Notes: a model not told the origin generated them from the letters alone. A DNA stretch of 64,000 nucleotides from Octopus vulgaris (GCA_951406725.2 OX597822.1:55428001-55492000); one strand, 5' to 3'; shown: positions 12,861-27,231, numbered from the stretch's first letter. A program made the numbers and translations.

Positions 12861-13860
12861 TTCTACAGTTTCAAATCGAACCGTGTTGGTAAAATAATTA
12901 CCAATGTTGTATTAGAGTCGATTCCATCTATTATACTCACCTCTCTCTATCTCTCTCTCCTGCTCACAAATCATAATGTAAGTCAGGCTGCTGGACAATG
13001 CCAATCGATGGTAAGGTGTTTCTGGAATTGATCCACTCTATTTGGTTTCTAATGTTCTAAGCTGAATTGAAGAGGAAGGATGAGTAGCTGGAAGTAAGAA
13101 GAAGTAACGTCACGTCTGGAGACAGAAGGGAGAGGAAATAGCGTCACGTCAAGAAGCGGCGGGTTCAAACAACTCTTTTCTCACGGTTGCGTTGCGAGCA
13201 ACGGACGTGTTGGGAGCGATCGTAGGGTTGTATTCCTGTTAAGTTTTCCCGGTTTATCGTGACTTGACGCTTAGAGGAACTGTCACCGATTGTATCTCAA
13301 GGTAAGAGCAACCTTTATCTGTGCCTTACAACTACATGAATAAAAGATACAACATCCAGTTTGTCACAGGATGTGCAAGAATAGACATATTTAAGACGTT
13401 CATTTCGTAATCATTTGGCTGGTGGTCTATTTCATTGCGTAGTACGGCCTCAAGGATGTCTTTTTCTTTTTTTTTCTTTTTATTAAAACTTCGATTTTTG
13501 CAAATGTTGTGAATGTGTATATGTGTGGCAAAGATGACTTCGATGGAATCTGAATTCAGAACGTATAAACAGACTAAATGACGCTGAGAATTTTACCTGG
13601 TGTGCTAGCGATTCTACCAGCTCGCAACAACATCAACAATGATGATAATGATTTCAAATTTTGGCACAAGGCTAGCAATTTCGGAAGAGGGAGCAAATCG
13701 ATTACATCTGCTCAACTGGAATATATTACCTACTTTATCGACCCCCGAAAGGAAGAAAGGCAAAGTCGACTTTGGAGGAAATAGATCTCAGAACGTAAAG
13801 ATGGGCGAAATGCCGCTAAGCATTTTGTCCAGTGTGCCAACGATACTACCAGCTCGTCTC

Positions 13861-13861
<1 letters not shown>

Positions 13862-13931
<70 letters not shown>

Positions 13932-13956
13932 TATTATTATCATTATTATTATTATT

Positions 13957-14005
<49 letters not shown>

Positions 14006-14069
14006 GTTTAGCCAAAACTCATGTTGGGTCAGAGGAAATATTAACAATGACAAATAGTAAAAATATGAA

Positions 14070-14120
<51 letters not shown>
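13862..14120. repeat. (ATT)n/(AAT)n microsatellites adjoining a minus-strand SINE (about 13540-13860)
   Basis: Direct reading; source of the poly-I/poly-N ORF artefacts. Confidence 0.9.
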
Positions 14121-14122
<2 letters not shown>

Positions 14123-14843
14123 AAGGAAGCGGTTGGAATCTCCCCATGTCCTGATTGATGATATATTTAGTGATGGCATCATAATAAAAATACTGGTAAT
14201 TGCGCAACTTGATAATCTCTGCCTCATATGAGTGACAAGGAAAAACCAAATATTGTGAATAACGGTGGTAAAGAAAATGAAGCCCTTGATGGTGACAGTG
14301 TTGCACTCGGCAGCTCAGAGATACTAGTCGTTATCCAGCAAGGGACCAGCACATGTACATTCTTTTGTCTTGGTATAAAAGATAGGCTATAGCAAATATT
14401 CTGCTCAATACCACAGATTTGCATGTCAGTTACTTGATCTTAACCAGTTGAGCATGTCCCTTAGTGGCTGACGATACGTGCATCTCTGATCACAAGCTGA
14501 AGTAGTGGGGGAGCATCATAACCGTATGTTGAGAGGAATTCTTTGGGGTTTGAGTAATTCACTTTTGGAAACATAGGTGTTTTGTTCAACATCTTTAAAC
14601 AAACCCTTATTCAGGGATGTTTTGAGCAGGATAGGCTACTCGACCAGAAGAAAATTCTAACTGGGGCCCCACCTGCAAGGTCATGTGCTGCTTATCTTGA
14701 TATGAGAGCACCATGTCGCACACATATTGTTGTGATGCATGTGCCTAGTGTACCCTTATCAGACGGGTAGTCGTGATGGGTATACTGGGCTTCGTATATT
14801 TTACCACAGTGTCACTTTGATGGCATGCACTGCTCTCTCACTC

Positions 14844-14892
<49 letters not shown>

Positions 14893-15658
14893 TTAATAAA
14901 CCTATCTACTGTTGGTACAAGGCCTGAAATTTTGTGGAGTGGTGGGGAGAGGTAATTGACTACATCGAACCCAGCTCTCAACTGGTACTTTATTCATCGT
15001 CCACGAAAGGATGAAAGACAAAGTCGACCTCGGTGGTATTTGAATTCAACGTAAAGGCGGACGAAATGCCGGAAAGCATCTTGTCCGGCTTGCTAACGTT
15101 TCTGCTAGTTTTAACACTATTAATAATGCCGCCTTAAGCAGAAAGCCAAGAAGTTCGACTGGGCGGCAGAGTTTCCTTTAATCTACAAAATAGCCACATC
15201 TCACTGCAAAAAACTACCTCCAGAACTACACCATTATCAGCCAAAGCACGTAACCACACCGCCAGATACAGGAAAGCACACAATGACAACAATCATCAAG
15301 TGAAAAGAAACAAGAAAAATCAACAACAACAAAAATTCTAACAACGAAATCACATAAAAAAAAAACAATCCGGTTCACAGTTGTGGCAAAAACAACTGCA
15401 CAACAGTAAATTGGAGTACGTATCGCGAAACAAAGATAGTGAAAGGATTTTGCGGAGCTAATCGTCAAAACACCGACATATTCGTACTGAACTTGTCAGA
15501 CATCTAGAAGTTACTGATAAAAGATTTTTCAAACAGTGTCAGATGTTTCGCTAACAGATATAACAAAAAGATATGATAGGTCCTTTAAGTAGCCCCAGAC
15601 TCCGGAAAAACCTATCTTTCCCAATCATGTTAGTTATACTCAGAGTAGAAAGTATAAA

Positions 15659-15743
15659 TGCAATGGCCTGACGTTGCTTTGCAATGGCCTGACGTCCCTT
15701 TGCAATGGTCTGACGTCGCTTTGCAATGACCTGATGTCGCTTT
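15659..15743 (+). repeat. 21-bp minisatellite, four copies (TGCAATGGCCTGACGTCGCTT)
   Basis: Four consecutive diverged units. Confidence 0.85.
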
Positions 15744-15769
15744 CGAAGTAAGCCTACTTTCTGAACGAC

Positions 15770-17900
15770 CTCAGATCATTTGATATAGATGCAGTAACTA
15801 TCAACGAGACCCAAATTTCCGGGATAGATACATATAGATGATGACAATATGTAGGTATTCTTCTAGTCGAGTAAATCAGGATGCAAGGGGGTAGTTTTGT
15901 TTTGGAAAGGCTTAGATCTTGAGGCACAGACAAGCACCTCGGATCCGAACAATAAATCAATGGTACTGGCTGTGAGCAGTAGTAAAGACGGTCCCAATAG
16001 ACGCAAAACAATAGGATTTCTTTTGGAGTCTGAAAGATTTTTGAGGAATATATTTGTAGAAGTTTGGAAGTGTGCGAAGTAGCTAATTGGAGGGCATGTA
16101 AAAGAAGGAGATTAAAATAGAATCAATATGATTTAGCAAAGAAGTAGTGTTAAAGAAAAATAGATTAAGGGGATTGTGAGTAAACTAGAAGAGGTGATTA
16201 GAAGAGGTATTGCAACCGATTTGCCAACAGTGAGAATGGTTCTCGACTATTTTATCTGCGTGAAATACGGGTGCTATATTGTTAGAGTTAAAAGCCATTC
16301 CACAGATTCGCATGACAAATGCAGCGTGGCAAGTAAGTTTTCTCAGCTTTGAGGGAGCGTAAGGGGTGCCTGATACTCGATTCTAAAAAGATGTGTGCTG
16401 CTGTCCAGCATCACTTTCTTGTGTACTGAGGGAGTGATGGCCCTGAAACTATGATAGACTCTAGTGGGTATCTTGGCAGCCTGCTGCGGCTTCCAGCAAA
16501 AGATTCAAGTTGCTAAGAAAAGCTGATAACAGGAACTGGGAAACAGATAGGGGCAAGTGGTTGGAGAACAATCCATTATAACCTCCGCCTCGATAAAAAG
16601 AGTAATAATATGCTTGGTATCAGTGGGAGTCTGATTATTATCGATCAGCTGAACAGCTTCCGGAGGCTAGATCCCGCCATGGTGTTGTGGCATCTTACAC
16701 TGGTTGTTTTAAAATCTATGAATCCAAATCCATTCTAGTAATAAACTCAATCAGTTAAATATATCCTAATTTCTTTTGTATACCCTGAAGCTTGAATTAT
16801 TACTGCGGAAACTGGATTTGCTTAATTGCAACTGTTCTTCCTGGGACGCGAAAGAGCCATGTCAACATATGTAGACGATGTCATTGTAATGCTACCAGAC
16901 ACCTCGGAAGTTGTGCTGGTCAGTACCTTTCTAAAAGAGGCGCGATGACTGAAACAGAAATTTATTCAGACAAGTCTTGTTCGGCACCTAGAAAAGAAAA
17001 CTATTACCGTCGGACGGCGTTTAAGTTACTCGGGGTTTCGTTGGGCTTAGGCCTCTAGGTGGATAGTAACTGGGATTAGGTAACGATCAGTGCAACAAAT
17101 CTCGTCCAGAAATGAAATGAGTCGAAGCAATCGAGGAAATGGTTAGGGTACATCCTTTCCATCATATATTGCCGCCTGATTATCGTTACGTGCCATAGCT
17201 TTTGTGTGATCAGATTGAAGTGTCTGTTTTTTGCATCTTGAGCATGGGATGCGTTCCACTAGTCAGGCGGTTCATCTGCCGCCGTCAGTCTCTGTATGGA
17301 GAGTTCGGTATGTCGTGACTGATGATGCGCAGACAAGCGCTACGGTTGCAGCATCTACAAAGATATCAATACGGCGAGCAGACGTTGTTGCTCGTAGTCC
17401 GGCACATTGTACCAAAGGTTGTCCCTTTGATATGCAATTCTTGGCCATGCGAAGACGAAGGCCAAGTCCTTCTGTCTGGACTGTTATTAGGCGCTCACAG
17501 CTCTCTATCAGTCGGGTAATGTGGATGGTGGAAGTGCCATGTTGGAATTCTGTGGACTTCCAACTTGGGGAAAAGCAACGAAGTCGCAGAGAAACTATAA
17601 GCATAAACATGAATCAGCTAGGTAGTGTAGTCTGGAGAATTTTCTATTTAGTAATTTAGGATAACTTCTAGAAATACCTAATCTACCTGTGCTGTCAAAG
17701 GGCATTGCTAGTTCGAAAAGGCATCACAAATACTGAATTATTGTCAGATGGGATTGCCGGAACTGTTTCTGTACACATTTGATCAGTGTTTGAACATTGC
17801 TCGTTGTTGACTTTTGTCTAACAACTGTTGTCGCCATTGTACGGATTCCGCTATCATCTCAGTCCATCAAAAAACTACACAGTTGTCATATTTGGCTGGT
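15770..17900 (+). mobile_element. Highly degenerate Tx1/L1-like LINE
   Basis: D.V.INET endonuclease motif, SIHYNL, a YVDDV RT motif near 16870, similarity to 5250-7060 and 36860-37980. Confidence 0.6.
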
Positions 17901-18764
17901 AACAGCCGACAGTTTTTTTCCCGTACATGGTGGCTACGCACTTCTGTTCAGGTACGCAAGCGCAGCTGAACTGGAAATACCTTCCATCCACCCTGGTTCT
18001 GCTGCTGCCCGGATTTCAGGAACTTATGCATTGTTTCCATATTGAAAGCTCTTCGAAACAAACAAACTAGTTTATTCTTGACGACGCCCAGAGTTTCTCT
18101 GAGAACAGAAGCGTTCTTCTCCATTCGTTGGTTGAGAGCTGTCAGTGACAGACAATATTATAGACGCCAAGCGCTCAATCTTGGCCTTTGCTTGACCCAG
18201 GACTGGAGCTCCTTCAAACGGACGTTCACAAGGAATACGTGTATGTTAAAGAATTGTTCACCTCCAGAAATTTCTGCAGTTGCTGCACTTTCAGCACATA
18301 TATACACATCAACAGCCGCTGCACCGCAAAACCTCCAGTGGGCTGCCTGACCGATGAAATATGCGCCATGTATAAGAAGTAAAAAAACAGACTATTCAAA
18401 CTAGTCAGGCAAAGTAATATATTACAGAGAGAATATATTACTGGCTTCTCAGAGATAACTTACCCTCGGCACATTTTTTAGGTGGAAATGGGACAGTAAC
18501 CGTCTCCCGAATGAGGCTGAGCAACCTCACCTGACTGTTTGATCCAGATAGCCACAACACTGGCTGGCAGCGTGAACTTGTTTCTGCAGGTGCCTGTCTG
18601 TAAGCCTTGAGACTTATACGGGTTAATCATTACTCTTGTCACAACCTCGAAATCCTATAAAATAATGCTGACCACTTAATTATTATTATTTACTTTGCCA
18701 ACTGCAGCGACTTCCTAAAAACGCATCTCAGCATGCGCCGCACGCAGAGACGCAAGCACGCGCG

Positions 18765-18805
<41 letters not shown>

Positions 18806-18810
18806 ATATA

Positions 18811-19131
18811 CATCATCATCATCATTGTTCGACCGTGGTCGAGACAATGGAATTTACTATGTTACACCAGACTTCACGGTCCATCATAGCATTACGGAGG
18901 TCCTGTTGCTGGATGCCTGTATCCCTGGAGATTACATCAGGGTAGGAGAGTGTGCGCCCTCTGGTATTGCGAGTAGATGGCTTCCAGAGGAGAAGAGTAG
19001 AAATTACTTCTTTTTCAGCTCTACAACAATGTCCAGCAAACTGGACTCTCCTACCTTTCACAAGAGATGACACAGGTGGTAATTTCCCATATATTTGCAT
19101 TTTGGTTGGATGGCGCTTCCACGAGAGATTT
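18811..19131 (-). mobile_element. RTE-type LINE 3' end with (TGA)n tail
   Basis: ORF 18822..19100 (RRVQFAGHC.R..LLLW..GR...Y.D...AMMDREVW) followed by the tail. Confidence 0.8.
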
Positions 19132-19793
19132 TGGCGTGCACGTATGCAATATGAGGAAGAGAGAGACGAGAAATTTTAGGTTTGAGCGAATGTTTATCGA
19201 AGAAATCTTTACAAGGCTAAAGCTCACGTCACTTACTCGCGTCTTATCTGCAGCAGGACGAAGCTCGGGTGTTCGACCCTCCCAACACATGTTGCTATGT
19301 AATTATTGTAATGTTGCCGGAACATGTGCGAGGCAACCAATTTTTCTCCTTCGATCGTTCTTCTTTGAGTCCGTCTTAATTAATTATTTATTCAATCTAA
19401 CTAATTAGAATAACATGTTTCTTGAAGTCAACTAATTTTCATATCCTGTCGTTACCCCCACTTAAATTACCGCCCGGTGGTCGAAATCATTGGTCGTGTT
19501 GAATAACTTGATAACTTATTATGAACAGTTCGCAAGTTCTGAAATGTATACTTTTGTGTGTGTGTGTGTGGGGGGGGGGGGGCACGCATGTGCGTACGTG
19601 CATGTGTGTGCGTGTGTTCGTACGCACACATACACACGCAAACGCATATATCTACATACATATGTGTACACATACACGTACATGTGTGCGTGAGCGTGTG
19701 TGTATATATATAACTATGTGTGTGTGTGCGCGTGCATATTATGTGTGCATATTATGTATGCATGTATGTATCTAATACTAATATTAATATCAG

Positions 19794-19864
<71 letters not shown>

Positions 19865-19919
19865 GTCTGTCTGTCTGTCTATGTACTCGTATGTGTATGT
19901 GTGAATGAATGTGTCTCTG

Positions 19920-20155
19920 TGCATATTTATCCGTGTTACGAGACGCATGTTCTTCTGTAATTTCATTCTTTTTCCATTTCCACAGTAGGTGACTCCATAA
20001 CTAAATGTTTGAGGACTGGACAACCATCATTGACAACAACAACAACAACAACCATGAATGGATTCTCCAAATCATTCAGACTTGGTTAAGAAATTATGAA
20101 GCAATTCTTGTAATTTATGCTTGTATATTCTTCCAATTTGTGGACTTTTATTTCA
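19920..20155 (-). mobile_element. hAT transposase fragment (paralogue of 25860-26040)
   Basis: Shared TTCCACAGTAGGTGA..TGAGGACTGGACAACCATCATTGA..CTTGTAATTTATG blocks. Confidence 0.6.
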
Positions 20156-20343
20156 TCGATATCCCGTTACATAGTTGTTCGACAGAACGAGAAGATAATT
20201 GCCAAGTATTGGAGTTGATAAGGCCGATTAAAATCTATCTATGATATGCTCCAGTATGACCGTTGTCGAATAAATGAAAACAGGAAAAAATAATGCAAAG
20301 ATAATAAAAGAATGTCATATTTAAATATGGAGGGTGGGGTAAC

Positions 20344-21849
20344 AGAATATTGTTCCCTTACCTACTATGAAGCAAATGCATGTTTTCAAATTTGGTTGAC
20401 AAGCGAAAGAATTAGAAACACGGGTATATCACATCCGGTTATTTGACTAGATAGATTAGTTTTGTAAAGATGCGGTGTAATAATCAGGTGTCTGATCGTT
20501 CTGTTACTGTGCACCTTAGAAAACGTTCGCTTACTAATGCTATATCTCCCAAGCACCAATGTGAAATAGTCAAACTACTGATGATGACTGGAAATGCTGG
20601 TATGCAGAAGAGAAATAGATATAGATGAACTTAAAACAATTAAAGAGAGAAAGGGGGAGAGAGAGAAAGAGAGAAACAGACAGACAGACAGACAGACAGA
20701 GTTCTTGTCTGAGTAAGTGGAAGTCGTTGTTAGAGAAATACATATGAAATACATGAGAATAACCCATACCTGTTCACGACCATTATTTTGTCCAACGCAT
20801 TTTCATAAATTTTTTTCCCAAATCTCCATATTTGTCTTCATAATTTCAGTAAGTCCTTCTTTCATACTTTCTGAGTAGTATACTATTGGGTTGTCCGGAA
20901 AGTTCGTGCCGATTTGTAGTAGCTTGCCTTTCGACTTATTTTAGAACATGGTTGACTCCATAAAATAGGATTTGACTACACCTCCATTTAGAGCACAGTT
21001 TAAGCTATCTTTTCGTGGAAGAAGATTCCTGTTCCTATAACCTGTGTTAATTCTGTAACCCTTTAAAATGGAAGATAAGAAAGCGCATTTCCGGCACTTG
21101 GTGCTTTGGGAACCAGACAAAAATTGCTGCAGTTCGTCTGGGATCTGTTGCCCCATCCTCCATATTCACCAGATATTGCTCCTTCGGATTTCGACTTATT
21201 CAGGTCTCTGCAGAATAGTCTTAATGGTAAAAATTTCAATTCCTTGGCTGACGTAAAAAGATACCTTGATGAAATCTTTGCCATGAAACCACCTCACTTC
21301 TGGGATGAGGGTATTTTCAAGTTAAAGGAAAGATGGAGACGCATTGTGCAACATAATGGTTCATATTTGGTTGATTAAAAATGTAATGACAAGTATTTAT
21401 TGACCTTTTCCTCTCTTTTAAAAATCGGCACGAACTTTCCGGACAACCCAATACTTTCCTTTCACAAGTCCCAAGTTACTCTGGTGGTTGCCAAAAAAAA
21501 AAAAGATAAAAAATAAAAAAGAAGAAAAAAATCGGAAATATATACGATGCCCGGATGCCGGGAAATATGTTCTGAATATCACATCTGATATGCAGGACAG
21601 ACAAATGGTTAAGGTTTATTCGGACATATTACTTCCAAAATTGCAATAGAAAACACTGAGATAGAAGTTTTTTGATAGAATATGCCGACAGCATACTTTT
21701 TTTTTTTGCTTGGTGAGGAAATAGCAATTGCTAAGTAACTACAAAACTATCCTTTAGTGCATTTTAGCTGCATTTGGGCGGAGCTGTCTGTATATATGTC
21801 TATGTGTATGTCTGAGTGCGAGTGTAAGTGTTATGTGTGTGCATGAATA

Positions 21850-21881
<32 letters not shown>

Positions 21882-22535
21882 TGTGTGTGTATACATTCGT
21901 TTTGCTTTTCTTCATTTTCAACTACGATAGCGTATTATGTTGTCTTGTTGCTCCCTAGACGAAGACAGCTGTTTTGCAACTAAGTTCTTCGTCATTGTTT
22001 ATTTAACATGGCAGCAGGAACATATTCAACCAATTTGCTGAGATTGCTAAGAGATTGCTATGTTTATTTTAAATATTATGATTCATAAATTCAAAAGTTA
22101 ATTCATTAATTGATAATTAAACAGATGAGGGACTGATAATTACGCACCGTAGACATTTGTTTATCAAAGTTTAGACACACTGAAGAATTCGTTAAATTCT
22201 GTTTTTCAATGTATACTCACTGTCCGATGCTCTTAGTTTTCTTCTTCAGATATCCAGATTGCGATCTTTTATAACTTCCATTCCGCTTGTAAACATTTTT
22301 TGAATTTCAGTTAAAATTTGACCCCCAGTAGCTATAACACTGGCACGCTAACCACATATCAGATTATTCTTGAGTTTAAAATCTCCTATACTAATCCATT
22401 CTAACTCACCAGGCTACGTACATTGTGTACTCCGGCGTTGCTCCGCAAAATAATGGTCGTGAACAGGTATGGGTTATTCTCATGTATTTCATATGTATTT
22501 CTCTAACAACGACTTCCACTTACTCAGACAAGAAC

Positions 22536-22576
<41 letters not shown>

Positions 22577-22908
22577 TTCTCTCTTTCTCTCTCTCCCCCT
22601 TTCTCTCTTTAATTGTTTTAAGTTCATCTATATCTATATCTCTTCTGCATACCAGCATTTCCAGTCATCATCAGTAGTTTGACTATTTCACATTGGTGCT
22701 TGGGAGATATAGCATTAGTAAGCGAACGTTTTCTAAGGTGCACAGTAACAGAACGATCAGACACCTGATTATTACACCGCATTTTTACAAAACTAATCTA
22801 TCTAGTCAAATAACCGGATGTGATATACCCGTGTTTCTAATTCTTTCGCTTGTCAACCAAATTTGAAAACATGCATTTGCTTCATAGTAGGTAAGGGAAC
22901 AATATTCT
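20344..22908. repeat. Inverted duplication, about 450-bp arms (20344-20790 / 22446-22908)
   Basis: Nearly identical reverse complements differing mainly in (CTGT)n length; about 1.65 kb spacer. Confidence 0.95.
20886..21451 (+). mobile_element. Internally deleted mariner element, same family and same deletion as 3904-4471
   Basis: Same TIRs, TA TSDs and fusion junction (LWEPDK). Confidence 0.95.
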
Positions 22909-23590
22909 TTTCTACTCTAGGCACAGGGCCTGAAATGTTTGGGGAGGGGACCAGTCGATTAGATTGACCCCAGTACGCAACTGGTACTTAATTTATCGAC
23001 CCCGAGAGGATGAAAGGCAAAGTCAACCTCAGCGGAGTTTGAACTTAGAACGTAAAGACAGACGAAATACTGCTAAGCATTTCGCCCGGCGTGCTAATGT
23101 TTCTGCCAGCTCGCCGCCTTGGCAAGGGAACAATATTCTTTTCTACCCTAGGCACAAGGTCCGAAATTTTGGGGGTGGGGGCCAGTCGATTATATTGACC
23201 CCAGTACGCAACTGGCACTTAATCTATTGACCCCGAAAAGATGACTGGCAAAGTCGACCTCGGCAGAAATTGAACTCAGAACATAAAAACAGACGAAATA
23301 GCGTTAAGCATTTCACCCGGCTTGTTAACGTTTCTGCTAGCTCGCCGCCTTGGCAAGGGAACCATATTCTTTTCTACCCTAGGCACAAGGTCCGAAATTT
23401 TGGTAGGGAAGGGGGGCAGTCGATTATATTGACCCAAATACGCAGCTGGTACTTAATTTATCGACCCCGAAAAGATGTAGGGCAAAGTCGCCCTCAGCGG
23501 AATTTGAACTCAGAACGTAAAGACAGACGAAATACCGCTGAGCATTTCACTCGGCGGCGTGCTAACGTTTTTGCTAGCTCGCCGCCTTAG
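22905..23590 (-). mobile_element. Tandem trimer of a tRNA-derived SINE; further clusters at 28200-28950, 53615-53990 and 14900-15110
   Basis: GGCGGCGAGCTGGCAGAA A-box head and GAGTTCAAAT B-box on the minus strand, about 232-bp period. Confidence 0.85.
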
Positions 23591-24639
23591 TAAGGAAACA
23601 ATATTAATAAAGCCATGTTTGTAACAAGTATAATTTTTCGCTTACAAAAGAAGTTAGACAGGTTCAGGAAATAAGCTGGCAAGACAGAAAACTATTCAGC
23701 TAGTATTTCCTTGATGCATTATTAATGTTGAAAAGAAAGCATTAAGTCGTATGTTTTTTGCTAATATTGCTTTTGAGCTTCATTTATTACTCCTTAATAT
23801 ACTTATAGTCGTAGCAATACGAATTAAATGTTCTACTTGGTATCATGTTTTGAAACAGAAGCCAATCCCTACTTTGGTACAGCAAGAACGTATATTTACC
23901 CATCAGACCGGAAATTGTCACAATACTGAAAATGAAACCACAAGTTAAATGTGACAGTTTGTTGCCTCAGTAAGTGTTGCAGTTCTTGATACTACATGGG
24001 TCATCACTTAAAAATAGTCAGCGACATAGAACACGAGTAGAATGTTATCACAAGCAGAATGTTATCTCTTCCACTTAACCTACACAAATATCAAACTCAA
24101 ATATATCCGTACTATCAGTCACTTCACAAACCACATACACCGTTCTGGGATTCACACCACCAACAGTAGGTACAAATTACCAGCAACGTCGCCTTCTGAC
24201 GAAGTCTATTTTACCCACTTCTGCAATGATCATCATCATAACTGAGCTTCTATATTAAGGGCGGCCAAACTTGCATTGCGTAAGCGTCACATCAAATAAA
24301 GTTCAGACTTGAGAGTTGCAAGACATGAACAAAATTTACACTGTCCGCAATCTTGTATCTGTGCTTGTGTTCATATCTTGCAACTTATATTGATAAAATA
24401 AGTATCAAACTCGAAAACATAAAGTACTGGAGTTGATATGATTGAATAAATCACCTTCAGAGTGGTGCCCCAGCATGACCGTACTCTAATGGCTGAAACT
24501 AGTAAAATAAAATAAAATGGATTAATTACGACTATACATTTTGTATGTACGTGATAATATTTTTTCAGGAATTGAATGTTTTAAACTTAATCTGATTTAG
24601 CTTCAGTATATATACAAGAAGTTTTAGCATATTTAATAC

Positions 24640-25299
24640 TGATACGAGGTCAGTCGGAGAAAAAGTGCTGTGACCCAGTTTCGTGGTTTGGTGCCAGATG
24701 GACTGGGGAGACAGGTTATTTGGCTTTGTCTTGTCACCGGTAAGGGAAATTAATGAGGTTGGAAGATACCTCTGACCCTTATCCAGTCAAGCAAAGTTTA
24801 AGACAAAATAAATCTACCACCCTTTAAAAAGAAGGGAAAAGAACATTGTGACGTAAACTGTAATCTGTTGAAAAAAAGAATTGTTGAAGAGAAAAGGGAA
24901 AGACTTTAATGTGGACTGTTTTCGAACTCTGTATTGTGTTGAACATTAATGTTTTGATTATCTTCGGACGTTGCGTATTGTGCATGCATTGACTGTTGTT
25001 TTTCTTTTTAACTCTGTACAATTCGTTGAATGTTTTTCTTTAAATGTATCTGACATGTATTACGTTTCGATTGATATTGTAACAATTGTATAAACTGTTG
25101 TTAAATGTGAGCAACTGCCTTCCGCTGTATCTCTCTCTTCCTGTTGTTGTTGTTGTTATCACCGGTTACTGGTTTGTGTTCGCTGCTATTCTTCCACCGT
25201 TTTCTGTGGCGGATTTCCGATTTGGCTGAGCGTGGTCGTCGTCGTCGTCACTCGACTTAGGGTCCCGAGTTCGAGTTGAGCGACGGCAGGTTCGTAACA
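24640..25299. mobile_element. Probable solo LTR (660 bp)
   Basis: Ends TGATACGA...TCGTAACA (TG..CA, 7/8 inverted) flanked by a 4-bp ATAC duplication (24636-24639, 25300-25303). Confidence 0.7.
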
Positions 25300-25589
25300 A
25301 TACGTTAACGGACTACGGAAGCATTTTTTAAAAACATATGCGTATTTGCATTTCAGTGATATAAGATTAAACTGTTCAAAATAAAGGTGGACAGAACAAA
25401 GTAATGATATCTATCTACGTAGATATCTGGATAAAACAAAGAAGGAAATATGCAACAAAGTAAACCAATAAATTTAGAAATATTCAAATCAGATCCTACC
25501 TTACAGTCTTATCATAATATTTTAAGCGTAGACAATGCAACACATATCAGGCTATTAAAGTTGCTACTTACTGTTAGTAGAGACCTTGT

Positions 25590-26930
25590 GGGTTTTCATC
25601 TAATCGTTGAAAATCTGGCTGATATGTTGTCAAGGCGGCACGAATTAGCACCGCTAAGAGATAGTTTGTAAAGTTTGCATGAGGGTTCTATTTCACAAAC
25701 TTCATTACATAATACAGTGATTCACAATAGTATGTTGCGCTAAAAATTTAAATAAGTCGCATACAAGCTTTCTTCAGTTCAGGATACTTTATTTCTGGAG
25801 ATTGCAGAATTCAGTTATAGACTGGGATTTATGGATCATCTTTAGACTCAGGTTTTCCTGTAATTCCATTACTTCTATTTCCACAGTAGGTGATTCCACA
25901 ATTAAAGGTCTGAGGACTGGACAACCATCATTGAACCACAACACCTAAGAATGGATTCTGCAAGTCTTGGTTAGGAAAGTATGAAACAGTCCTTGTAATT
26001 TATGTTTGTATTCTTTCAGTTTGTGGTCTTTTATTTCAGATTGGAAAAGTGAATGAAATTTCTTGACAATATGTCTTTTAGCGGATTTTTAGCCCACTAA
26101 TTTAATATAATGATCGGTCGTCCTTCGATAGCTGTTAGAATCAATCCAGTGAGGAATAACAACTCGTGTGAGATTTGTGAAGACTTCATGTACATAAGGG
26201 ATTTATTTCGATCCGGGATGAGAGCGTTTACACAGCTTGTAGATTGACCTTCAATAGAACAGAATAGAATTTGATTAAGAAAATGTTTTCGTCTTGCCGC
26301 ATTCAATGACTGGTGAAGAGGATTTAAGAAAATTCAATCAACGAGATGTTATTTTGTATCAGGAATAGAGATGGAGAAAACTGTAGCTAGCTGCAGGCAG
26401 TGTGTGAGAGAAAGAGGATGTTACCTGTCTGTGTGCGTCTTTTATAGCTATGTAACGAGCACCACCCAGTTGCTAACGATGTGACATGGAAGATAAATAT
26501 AGATGATTCTCATTAAAACATAACGACACTGGATTCAAATAAGGTAGCCTCCAGTCCTTTTGAAAAAAATTTATTTTACCTTGAAAGCGAGATCAGAAAT
26601 AATCTTTACCTTTCATGGAGTGACAATTTGAGAGTTTGTAGCTGATTTATTATATCAGTAAAGAACAGATTTTGCATCCGTTAATCCTTTTCTAGTTGGG
26701 GATAAAATGTTTTCTTCAAGAAACGTAATAATAAGCTCCAACAAATCCACTGATCTACTGAATGAATTAACACTGGGTTTATCTTAAAGCTCCAGTTCTT
26801 CAGAAAAATTTGTGAACTGTCGTTGGGTCTTCCCATTTAAAAATATGAAATTCACAGTTTCAAGGACAGATTCCTACTTGAAATATCTGGCTACTAACTA
26901 TTTACGATGGATGACGAAATGATTAGGGAG
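25590..26930 (-). mobile_element. Degenerate hAT (Charlie/GTF2IRD2-like) transposase, interrupted at about 26100-26486
   Basis: Broken frames read ELQENLSLK, KYPELKK, TYYCESL..MKFVK, T.YQPDF (hAT dimerisation region) and FFTDI..L..L.L. Confidence 0.65.
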
Positions 26931-27153
26931 AAATTCTGGAAAGGTGGGATCAATTTTCTTAACAAAAGAAACCGATAAAATAAGTACCAGGTTTTGAAAA
27001 TAAAAATAGTACTAGGGTATAAATATATAATCTTTTACTTGTTTCAACGACTATTGTCAAACGGTGGTGGGAGACAAACACAAACAGAATGACACACGCA
27101 GAGATATATGCATACATAAATACATACATACATACATACATACATACATACAT

Positions 27154-27231
<78 letters not shown>

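Noticed and set aside
12977-13330. TGTAAG...CTTACA possible solo LTR
   Set aside because: No matching target-site duplication
15659-15743. CRISPR-like periodic repeat
   Set aside because: Head-to-tail minisatellite without spacers in eukaryotic DNA
20574-20606. CTGATGA..GAAA..GTA hammerhead-like string (mirrored at about 22645-22680)
   Set aside because: Stems I and II do not pair convincingly
26097-26486. Minus-strand TATA box followed by a signal-peptide-like short ORF (MKSSQISHELLFLTGLILTAIEG)
   Set aside because: The ORF stops after about 30 codons and lies inside a hAT remnant; more likely an LTR-like insertion, but no TSD was found
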